Positions 31,101 through 35,074 of a DNA stretch of 64,000 nt are shown piece by piece. Origin of the DNA: Candidatus Ozemobacter sibiricus (lineage in GTDB: Bacteria; Muiribacteriota; Ozemobacteria; Ozemobacterales; Ozemobacteraceae). A model generated the notes under the pieces. The model searched no databases and was not told where the DNA came from. It was given only the letters and a program-made list of their open reading frames with translations. The position numbers were made by a program, and so were the translations under genes. The DNA is taken from NCBI GenBank assembly GCA_003327425.1, contig QOQW01000013.1, positions 61,351 to 125,350 on the forward strand. The letters are read 5' to 3'. Numbering within the stretch: position 1 is the stretch's first letter; each line of letters starts with the position of its first letter.

Positions 31101-31748
31101 GACCCACCCTCGTTTCCCGGCCGGAATGGTGAAGCGGTACCAATCCTCGTCAGCCGTGGGGACCAGTCGCCCCGTGAAGGCGCGGTTCAGCTCGATCGGG
31201 CTGGCCGCGTCTGGCGACCCATTTGGCTCGTGCTCATCGGGCAGGGGGGTAACCTTCACGGTCAAACGATAGGGGGCCGTGGCCTCCTGGTTGTTGTAGT
31301 GATAGGCGTATCCTGCTTCGCCGATCCCGTGCGGGCCATCCTGCAAAAGAATGGTGAGACTGGCCGGGTCGCCGAGCCAGGCTCGATACCAGAACGGCTG
31401 CCCCGGCGGCGCTTCGTGGGTGAAAATGGTCTGGCCTTTGGCATCGTACCCGACAAGGCGGGGGTTGATATTGGAAGCCACTTCGTCGGCAGTCACCTCG
31501 ACGGCGATCGGCACCCCGTTGCCCGGGACGGGAATGCGGTAGTAATCGTGATCTCCGACGGGGAAGATCGTTCCGATGATGGGAACGCCCGAAGCGACCA
31601 CCGCGGCCTTTTCGAGAGCGTCGTTCGGCTCGAACTGGTCGGGGGCAGCTGGCAGCGGGCCACACAGGCCACCGACCAGCGCCAACAGCAGGCCCAGGAA
31701 CAGCCGCAGTCCCTGTCTGGCAACCATTCCCATGACTCGTCGCCGCAT
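16176..31748 (-). CDS. giant multidomain surface protein (~5190 aa): signal peptide, 7 PPC (pre-peptidase C-terminal)-like domains, two [GATase1/ThuA-like + F5/8 type C discoidin + ~90-aa] modules, long array of fibronectin type III domains, three C-terminal bacterial Ig-like domains and a C-terminal transmembrane anchor
   Basis: Five tandem repeats starting at residue ~48 have EPND...G.IFP.GD.D.Y.F.VP ... DGG.G.GE.GY.YHYNN...PY.L.V signatures (e.g. FEPNDALEKAAVVASGVPIIGTIFPVGDHDYYRIPVP, GEPNDTMASATSLTLGERMMAHLFPVGDNDWFTFEVP), with two more at residues ~1315-1500. The discoidin-type endings are ARFVRLTVLASVGNQAVRLGDCEFYG and ALRVVVTSNYGHGSEVQLGEIEA. There are many fn3-like units (PPAAAPGNLAATRRGGTVTLRWEPVAEADVAGYEVFR...). 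The C-terminal Ig-like repeats are homologous to those of the 3453-aa protein. The last residues ALIWWSTLIGMLVAAAYCLWW form a TM helix. The ATG at 31748 (MRRRVMGMVARQGLRLFLGLLLALVGG, signal peptide) is preferred over the TTG at 31781; ATG 31733 is also possible. Confidence 0.85.
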   Translation of the reverse strand: MRRRVMGMVARQGLRLFLGLLLALVGGLCGPLPAAPDQFEPNDALEKAAVVASGVPIIGTIFPVGDHDYYRIPVPGNGVPIAVEVTADEVASNINPRLVGYDAKGQTIFTHEAPPGQPFWYRAWLGDPASLTILLQDGPHGIGEAGYAYHYNNQEATAPYRLTVKVTPLPDEHEPNGSPDAASPIELNRAFTGRLVPTADEDWYRFTIPAGKRGWVTIRVDHPSEMIALHLLLRDESGRDLEAADHPRGEPGVLVAAVASGAYRLRVIDGGRGKGEQGYAYHYNNVCSPLEYRGFVRFEEVPDPGEPNDTMASATSLTLGERMMAHLFPVGDNDWFTFEVPTPGRGRLQIECDAVLGPTCPRLRLFNPQQQEIGSAMGPESNVVRLEASLKEPGRYWLEVIDGGTGTGEQNYSYHYNNRAGPYSLRVTYTPVVTPTAPHGSPDQAFLVTLGQPVADTIFPAGDIDHFRVEVPGSGPTMLEIEIPDLAGPVAPRLEVLDANGNPIETFTAPVDDPLVGRFTVQAPASFVFRVMDGGHGINENGYGYQFHNAESMTPYQAIVRTVGLWPETATVGLPSFDHAAATQARTVSLPASFAFHLYPEGDREWIDLGDIGPGLLELDLTALDGHTDPIVEIREAGTDAAAAPLKVCDQTNRSREAGRVVLPRRARYYAVVRSGGDRAARAPLQAVFRLHAWSGPGVQWSVAEAGAKPEAAGPPDWLAAAWARWQPTVATTSEPVVDVATPLSSPLVPAGAWAAYTIDVPGAGLLGLEGGTPDRLDLALTWHEQVASPSRVLCLVGGRRDYDLFAVPNEHLVSLRLQEDAPLWLQSCLHLGASPRRDFPPPVGATWSARLTVPVATREGRLIMRGLSLDERSLKVKVNGEAVTGWRLRSWEEWSDWAWPVPDLAAGAPLLVELETSWNVLLGAVDFEAWTGTQTLRLPVLTSPAVSWAASQAARFDTIIIEGITHPCQFFLDRPETHRALQALVEQGKRVVVVCPQFFTFALNAAVRGGWIASGSPAWTGLPELLDGRYEIEGSQGAYAGAPPPHAVVFGLPGSWPVVLDRIVVQTASPDPAAQVRRFRVEVTMAGPDGPFQPVGEFEARPGRRMTEARFPAVAARFVRLTVLASVGNQAVRLGDCEFYGPDAPTGWFGVFHQSQWRNDTVQAVSDSDPLVSGRARGNPNGWPVSESNGCWVGWREAGFTAAYVDAADPEQLGITVRRTLGRGTLILETQELGYRDNVRPAAWKIANLLDVPPAQLQTLRGGGWFRASAAGRYRLTVRPAAEGRWASAPFVLRPTFWAATSTAEPNQTPGAAVPLPVGDTVEGELFPAGDRDWWRVAVDRPTRLGLWLEPLTYTLDPSLSVKSQADEQALPRTFDGSRRVGFGGVEAGHSLATTTGLYWLGVADAFPPNQATVPYRLALQRVPLPVQHEPDDRPGDAVRLESGVPVTGGVFPDGDVDHFVVEMGTGTLDLTLDPVGTEDLDAQVHVIPEHPTRGGRARVLYLVGGLADFHNLHERIGLPFEVERVTWTASRAATVWDGLDDYVAVIIDGVTDPDQFDLFSNAVQAKIQKYVEGGGRVLLTAPSVSFSELRQARGGRVASFTSQYSDTWKPDRLIDGLSMAGNEHYNGARGWCCVSGGVATPQEIVLVFPDRVPGPIDRLVVHATSQTREARARDVQLYGSTVGEHGPFTLLASLTLPAADGPHVIPIMPTALRALRVVVTSNYGHGSEVQLGEIEALTADSEKRWFGLRLCQLWEANQAVPAAIAAAGMPDPTGGPLQGLPWLDASGWIEDWAAAGFAPVVLHQAATTTRALTVFRRWGQGTLAVDMQNPGGKAQDALLWKVFALLDLPRQRGIAIDSTCGGGPGFPERQRLTLPAGQYQIRVSAADGVGAVGAYSLVATFPAGADRWPLRLTGVQPWSGQMGVHPTTTIRLNFTRMIEAASYRPGGIEVRGSQSGAVPCQAAAEPDGYALVLRPERPFADGETVTVRFAPEFVQDRRGQPVAAAAETSFVIGTTRLQTARLTILLERTGALGAGRQRVLVSGPAVGPPRLTVVWADGRREEIALQAAGPQTWSGELSIAAGAPQGPARLEATGADGTAAPPVPFTVDTVPPPAPRAPPIAQARDQGRVEVGWAAPPAEAGVAGYVLGRAAPGGPASEVARLTRVDQLAHVDQPPTEGAWEYRLAFLDAAGNQGPWSPPVTVDTDRTPPAAAPGNLAATRRGGTVTLRWEPVAEADVAGYEVFRTPAGQELPVGARPLTTVSASVRRADDAPGDGVYDYRVAARDRAGNRGPLATTRIVVDTTPARAALVIADLRPEPLPPVPATAPVEGRLPPGAFTVLATLSERLAGPPSLTLVLADGSTATGAVEWASGSLFFTAAFRVPATAADGFLQFRGEAIDLEGNAGLTLHYSSYVLDTASPTWKIWRDPPHASAIGTVTVFVQADEPLPEAPRLTWTPPGGQPQVLASLTFDYRNNAWRGVLFLATDTPDGEVTFAVTGRDLFGREGTRIREGERFFKDGVPPGPPLDLVVGPGPGGGILLRWKPPLEESPAFYSVYRGASDAVPQTPAARLATEVRDVQYHDREALGSEFAYRVSATDLAGNEGVACQPRTGSSDTTPPPPPEEVKATLLPGGQVRIAWQKPRLEAVDRYRVVREARLRDGRRQLDQIYEGPLREVDDLPRLTGDLVYAVHALDAAANESPPARTATLSYDLTPPVAKIRFAPTFGRRMIPIYGLMSVTWRDLGEVVRPGRLSLTLEFDEPVRDDVGLTWRLEADEVPRPVPLTRRGPTLFEGSLDLPSHLGADLDVRFGLQAADLAGNAAGPLGAEAELLLDSTPPAPLNRLTAVPGPGGVVRVTWAPPATEPEGEPRYLVFRSERPFTASESAQLVAADLKDAAFTDRPPRDGTWYYAATARDRAGHIGSLTPAVAVVTDAVPPAAPTGVEVKVGATVELTWVPGAGTVGGGSAPAAAAVAPLAGQPAGEPVTWRVLASPEPIPAGAGSTTPGVTLIADGLTEPRCSFVPQPWPAIHLAVVAVDAAGNVSDSPAIAPLTIGAKIPAARVRVEPPGPARGACRVRVETTVPLREPPSLWFEPAGRAPLAVALTLEAGSKSRFTGALAVDEKTGDGVGRFLFRGLSEEGLPGTVITEGATLTVDTTPPWLSLAFDPPAPLRTGPVTVRVTPNELLAAPPEVLIAPQGGSPLPVALQPLAAAPPAPAGAGEGAAPLVYVGSFTLPATLPDGQAFLRVSARDLAGNVGTRADPDRVFIDNHPPRPPIDLRAVARPHGRVFLTWQPAPFQARSGPDDVRRWRIYRADRPGVATAAAVRAGEAVGPAFEDGGIPRDGTWYFAVTAVDQAGWESLPSSWVAGLADRRPPPVPAAPTAVPGDEGVTLTWHDPAPAAGTPPDRYEVWVSWHDPVTRQTVEEKVWGPATGGRALHRPLRGGDFSYRVRALDHLDHASAFSPPTLVHYERQAPAATLAFRPPPPWATGSVAVTLETTRALAATPQLTWQWFDDLGEPGASATAIVLQGSGTTWQGRFVLPEAPSLRRIDFAWRGQVTVAGKTYTGTEFLGPASFAIDRAGPEGRLLFTAPDLPRRDRQAILRAGRYPFVLELDEPPARPPTLAFESASGKRVNLPLTRQTDRRWEGVLLIDGATGDGVGQFFLQAVDAAGNQGTSLAEGGTVVVDTTPPGRVARLRAVAFPGGRVRLDWTPPLTATGRPDASANRFRLYRSSQEILDVRGLTPIQSVARTLGTFDEPKGAREVYYAVVAVDEAGNEGPVSLSVMTTIDREPPPPPRHVKAAITETGVVKVSWEPPPGPAPTFYNVYLETFPIVSTAGLTPNARGVPFTYLYGTPNDDGRYYFAVTAVDATLNESAPSESVEVDYRRTLPIASFTIHPDIWLRNGRYEVDLTTSKPLVEPPLVEVKHEKGLVFPLRFAGAGSRWRATLTIDDQLPEGTCGFLFTGKGEGNTVGREISRGPLFHIDRTAPLPPSHLKVVPDDANTPGAVRLTWNLPKLPDRPTEVPHLYRIYRSERPMASLAGQAPVQVVRVQYENMDEYIHHDVPPHDGTWYYCVTSGDLAGNESSPSAVVSVVSSTKVPRLVVRLFTEVGGPVPVDRIGGGPCRVEVRSSQPLASLTLHWYEVTRDEKLAGVVASRTAVPMTERAGGPASEAGLLWEGRLVIDQAAGREVEAAFEARAVGRDGTVGTFITAGRTFWIDTVGPEARIRIPSINTMRIDALANQVVVAPVRGGPIEVTVETLGELAQPPELAWAIDGRDDWQPITLRGFGAFWSGWMEIPHGIASASARFRYRGVDRIGNVSTAIEPRKYERKLDEEGEIARTLESYATTGGVFTIDSVPPEPPIGLQVEQKKLGIAVIKWTEGPGDPRSFNLYRSLTPITTREGLIPVKTGIYAPIIVDDPPVDGNWFYAVTQLDLAGNESEVSETKSIFIDSIKPELKITAVPSGDDFIILADEEAPPEMRIELRFPGGKTMEVDLGGSSGQLQEIQMPGGGPPRRGRVLPQILRQFDGRVEIVVHSPDPAGNEVQQLTSLEAKPVAVETGGRVESADQLVQLEIPAGLVPVVPKGPGEFQRVGGYQNLFFIRYENIPDRPRPAAATAPVDPREPDPLPPSLEVIGTPYRIELNVNTEKPLSLKAGATQADLSQLKELAPKLRLKVPELGSEAVADVDYLASRLKVVKWVPATRDEAEGRTPTGKRGRWEIVEDIEISTGTGEIIAPARDITTYVVVSERTPPTICDLSPAPDSTVKTFRPVIQARLIDKGTGIAQGAENPIALHIDGMPADRAHLKLSTEDPTEVTLTYTPPADLTPGAHIVTLRVQDVVENESVRRWRFVIDNEPPRITSVLPASGTALGVGRPVISVVAADEGGGIDPERTHLTLDGASLTVRFDPVAGRLVAHPPRRLPSGVHRVQVQLEDRGGKKVAQTWDFRTDVEPPEIRLVQPAPGRALDRIDQPLILGVQDRGTGLDPRRLLLDLDGHLLGPSRDLEVTDVFSYDPVLGQVRVQPAGGFRPGPHRVLLCAEDRFGHVQVAVATFAVDVTPPQVTWRAPGPDWQVPAGAVTLQVQEESPGLQIQTAVPYRYDPWSGMLVLLPPATAAGSLEVTLVDAAGFTAVSRIDPTSGKFSVKRGRLLAWWQALIWWSTLIGMLVAAAYCLWWRPPFPPFAARLKP

Positions 31749-31897
31749 CGAAGGACCCTTTGTGAAATCAGACTGCGCCAAACATCATCACGAAGCCCTG
31801 AATGCCATCCCAGCGATGGCCTCGGTACTATCGCGCTTATTTTCGCCCGAAAAGCGCCTCAATGCAATAGCGGGTCCCAGCCGACCGGGCCCCCCCT

Positions 31898-31969
31898 GAA
31901 GACCCCATAAAAACAACTGGGGGAGCGACAGCCTGTCCGAAGCCCCCACCAGGGGCCAGCGGCCCCTGG
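31898..31969 (-). terminator. putative rho-independent terminator downstream of the Fe-S protein gene / upstream of the giant operon
   Basis: There is a perfect 9-bp inverted repeat CCAGGGGCC-AGC-GGCCCCTGG (31949-31969). On the minus strand a second GC-rich imperfect hairpin (GACAG-G-CTGTC core) and an AGTTGTTTTTAT tract follow. The geometry is not canonical. Confidence 0.4.
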
Positions 31970-32059
31970 ACCCCTTCTCACCGCCAGCCGAACGCGATGC
32001 GTCCGGCTGGAGAAGCGGCCGCTTCGCGGGCTAGAGCAGCCGTTCAGGCGATCAGCCGA

Positions 32060-32875
32060 TCACCAGTCTTCGGCGACTTCGGCCAGGCCCCGTCGGTCGC
32101 GCAGGGCGATGGCATCCTTGGGGCAGACGGCCCGGCAGACGCCGCATCCGACGCATTGTTGCGGGGCGATCACCGCTTGGCCGGCCTCGCGGTCGAAGGC
32201 GAGCGCATCGTAGAAACAGCGACGCAGGCAGGCCCGGCACCCGATACAGCGCTCGGGATCGACCATCGCCACGTATTCGGCCTTCCACATCACCTTGACC
32301 GCCTGCTCCTTGAACTGGGTGCGCCAGGCCATGCAGTCGCGGTCGCAATTGCAGATGGCCCCGATGTACGGCGTGCCGAAGGTCCAGATGCTGTGAACGC
32401 ACCCTGCCTGGTCGAGGTGCCGCACCAGAGTCGTCGCCTCGACCGGCGAAATGCGATCGAAATCCCGGAAGTCGGGCGCCTCACGCAGCACGTGGGTCAG
32501 ATCCATGCCGATGCCGAGGCAATACCGCAGCTCCTTGCCGGTGGTCACCCGACGGCAGATGCAGGGCAGGCGCACGACCATGGTGAACCGCTCCAGGATG
32601 CGCTCGACATCTTCGAGCGGCACGATCTGCCCGAAATGGGCGCTCTTGAAATACCGGGTGGCCAGCGGCCAGGCCAGGAAGCGGTAGATCTTCGGATACC
32701 GACGCCGCCAGGCCATGGCCCGTGGCAGACTCTCGCGCAGCACACCCGGAAACTCCTGCAGGAAGGCCTTCAGTTTCTCTTCCGAAGAGACCTGCCGAAA
32801 GACTTCTTCCGTGTAGTTCCGGGCGTTCTCGTACCACTTGCCGCCCTCGCCATGCTTTGTACAAAACTCACACAT
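32060..32875 (-). CDS. Cys-rich iron-sulfur protein with two 4Fe-4S ferredoxin-type motifs
   Basis: The C-terminal CIGCRACLRRC...CVGCGVCRAVCP matches two CxxCxxCxxxC(P) clusters. There are additional Cys clusters (CEFC, PCIC, CNCDRDC). It is co-directional with and immediately upstream of the giant operon. Confidence 0.6.
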   Translation of the reverse strand: MCEFCTKHGEGGKWYENARNYTEEVFRQVSSEEKLKAFLQEFPGVLRESLPRAMAWRRRYPKIYRFLAWPLATRYFKSAHFGQIVPLEDVERILERFTMVVRLPCICRRVTTGKELRYCLGIGMDLTHVLREAPDFRDFDRISPVEATTLVRHLDQAGCVHSIWTFGTPYIGAICNCDRDCMAWRTQFKEQAVKVMWKAEYVAMVDPERCIGCRACLRRCFYDALAFDREAGQAVIAPQQCVGCGVCRAVCPKDAIALRDRRGLAEVAEDW

Positions 32876-33068
32876 GTGTCACTGCCTGGCTCGTGTCGTT
32901 GCAGGCATCCTACCGGAAAACGAGGTATTCGGCAAATGGGGCCGCACACCCCGGCTTGTTCTCGGTCAGGCGCGACGCGGCCAACGCCGCCGACCGGCGG
33001 GCGGGAAAAGGCACCACGGGTTCGAGCGCGCTCTGACCGGGCAGCGAAGATCCCTGATGCTCGATCGC

Positions 33069-34472
33069 TCAGAAGGCGCTCCCGACCTGGGCGTTGATGA
33101 ACGCCATCGTCTCGGGAATCTTGCCCTGGGTCAGGCCATGGATCCGTTCGAGGTTGGGATAGGCGCGCAGCCAGCGGTCCGGTGTCTCCAACAGGTGGGT
33201 TTCATATTCCACCAATCGGGTGAGGGAGGGATTGCGCCCCACCGCGCTGTCTTTGATCCGGCGCAAGAACGCGCGGAACTCATCCTTCCCTTGCGGGCGG
33301 GTCGGGAGAACCGCTCCGATCCGGTAGAGGTCAATGAGTTTCAAAATCGTCTGCAGCTGGACCTTCCCGCCTTTGTAGCGAGCCAGATCTCTCTGGAGCA
33401 GGCTGTAATAGTAATACCGCGCCTGGATGAGCGAACCGACGAAGTATTCGTAGATGATGCGGAACATGCCAAAATCCTGGAGAATCGCACCACCCAACTG
33501 CGCCATGCTCTGCGGATTGGCCGCCAACCGACCTTGCTGTCGCAGCACGTCGAACTGCGGCACGAGATACGCCACCACCTGAAAGCAGGTCTTGGCCAGA
33601 TCGTACCAGGCCTTGGCCACTTCCAATCGCTTCTCGTACTGGCGGGCCAGATCGATCGACGGGACCCGGCTCAACTCCGTGCGCAACTGACGGATCTTCT
33701 CTTCCTGGGTACGGAAATAGTCGGATGACACGAAACCGCGAAGCACCAGCGCAATGCGGCCCAACGCCCGCAGGGTTTCCACATTTTCGCCCAGGTCGGC
33801 GGCGATCTGGGCCAAGCTGGCGCCAGCCCGCCCCAGAGCGGCAGGAATCTGCGCATCGATGGCCGCTTCATCGACCGTATAGGCCAGATTGATTTTCCTG
33901 GGAGCGGCCGGCGAGAACAACAACAGCGAGGTCTGGGCTTCGCCCTGGCCGGTCTGAGCCGGCCACTGGAAGGTCAACCCGCAGTTGACCAGATTGCGCA
34001 GCTCGGAATCGCCCGAAGCCGCCAGCCGTTCGCCAGCCAACCGGAAGCGGAAGCGACGGATGGATTCATACAAGGGTTTCATCGATGGATCGAGCGTGCC
34101 ATCGACATTCGGATCGATCACCCCCCAGGGGGGGCGGCGATCTTCGACCATGGAGAAGAAGACCGACCGTCCATCGGTGACATCCTGCCACCCGCCGGAG
34201 GAAGAGGTGTCGACTCCCAGGGTTTCTATGCCGTAGGGGTTGATCATCAGCTCTTCGATCAGATCTTCGGATACCTTCTGGGATAGGATGACCGCCTGAA
34301 GGTGTTCCGAGGTGAAGGTCACCTCTTTGCGGCCAGAGCGGATGAACGTCAGCAAGGTCGTCCCGATCAACGCGCAGAGCCCCACCGCCACCAGGATCTC
34401 GACCAGGGTGACCGCCCGGCCGCGACCAGGAATTCGTTTGGCCCTGGAATTACCAGTCGGGATTCCCATCAT
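33069..34472 (-). CDS. pseudopilin/minor-pilin-like protein (467 aa) with N-terminal prepilin-type hydrophobic segment (GspK-like size)
   Basis: The N-terminus MMGIPTGNSRAKRIPGRGRAVTLVEILVAVGLCALIGTTLL resembles the prepilin class-III G-(F)TL(I/V)E motif. Its start overlaps the upstream stop as ATGA (34469-34472). Confidence 0.5.
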   Translation of the reverse strand: MMGIPTGNSRAKRIPGRGRAVTLVEILVAVGLCALIGTTLLTFIRSGRKEVTFTSEHLQAVILSQKVSEDLIEELMINPYGIETLGVDTSSSGGWQDVTDGRSVFFSMVEDRRPPWGVIDPNVDGTLDPSMKPLYESIRRFRFRLAGERLAASGDSELRNLVNCGLTFQWPAQTGQGEAQTSLLLFSPAAPRKINLAYTVDEAAIDAQIPAALGRAGASLAQIAADLGENVETLRALGRIALVLRGFVSSDYFRTQEEKIRQLRTELSRVPSIDLARQYEKRLEVAKAWYDLAKTCFQVVAYLVPQFDVLRQQGRLAANPQSMAQLGGAILQDFGMFRIIYEYFVGSLIQARYYYYSLLQRDLARYKGGKVQLQTILKLIDLYRIGAVLPTRPQGKDEFRAFLRRIKDSAVGRNPSLTRLVEYETHLLETPDRWLRAYPNLERIHGLTQGKIPETMAFINAQVGSAF

Positions 34473-35074
34473 CGGAGTCCTCCCAGGTTCATCAACCCGA
34501 TGTGGCCAAGGAATTGGAACTCGTTCCGATCTTGAACCACGGTCACATTCACCTGCACGGAATTTGGCGACAGACTGGTGAAGGAGAGAGAGCGCACCGA
34601 TTCGAGCAGGACCTTCTCGTTGGACGCATTGTACGCCCCGGAATAATCGGTACGATAGGCCAGCAGGCGATACACCGGAACCTTCAGCCGTTGGGCCAGA
34701 GGATCGTTCGGCTCGAGGTAGAGGATGGTCACCCGATTGGTGATGTCTTTGAAAATCAAGTAGGGAAGGGTTTCCCCCAGCACGGGGCGAACGAGGTCGG
34801 TGCCCTCGCGAATGAGGGCCATGGTCTGGTCGAAGGCGCGACGGGCTTCCAATTGCAACTGGACCTGCTGGCTGAACGTCCGTTGGGAGAGGCTGAGATG
34901 CTGGATCAATCGAACCCCCACCGCCCCCAGGATCATCATGATGGCCAGCCCCACCATGACCTCCACCAGGGTCCAGCCCTGGGAAGGAGGTAGGTTGCAG
35001 CCCAAGGGCCGCCTTTCATGCCCATGCGCCCAAGACCAGAGAAGCGAGCGCTGAGACCACGGCGGCCGCTTCAT
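34469..35074 (-). CDS. prepilin-type N-terminal cleavage/methylation domain protein (type II secretion / type IV pilus pseudopilin-like)
   Basis: The SQG|WTLVEVMVGLAIMMILGAVGV segment fits the prepilin peptidase site (G at -1, E at +5) followed by a hydrophobic helix. The ATGA overlap with the upstream gene is at 35071-35074. Confidence 0.6.
   Translation of the reverse strand: MKRPPWSQRSLLWSWAHGHERRPLGCNLPPSQGWTLVEVMVGLAIMMILGAVGVRLIQHLSLSQRTFSQQVQLQLEARRAFDQTMALIREGTDLVRPVLGETLPYLIFKDITNRVTILYLEPNDPLAQRLKVPVYRLLAYRTDYSGAYNASNEKVLLESVRSLSFTSLSPNSVQVNVTVVQDRNEFQFLGHIGLMNLGGLR

Noticed and set aside
15270-31910. Plus-strand ORFs 15270..22148 (2292 aa), 22656..24509, 24516..28229 (1237 aa), 29256..31910 (884 aa) and 13576..16146 opposite the 5201-aa and TPR genes
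   Set aside because: These are the same antisense artefact (R/G/P/H-rich, no domains). The minus strand encodes PPC, fn3, discoidin and TPR motifs.
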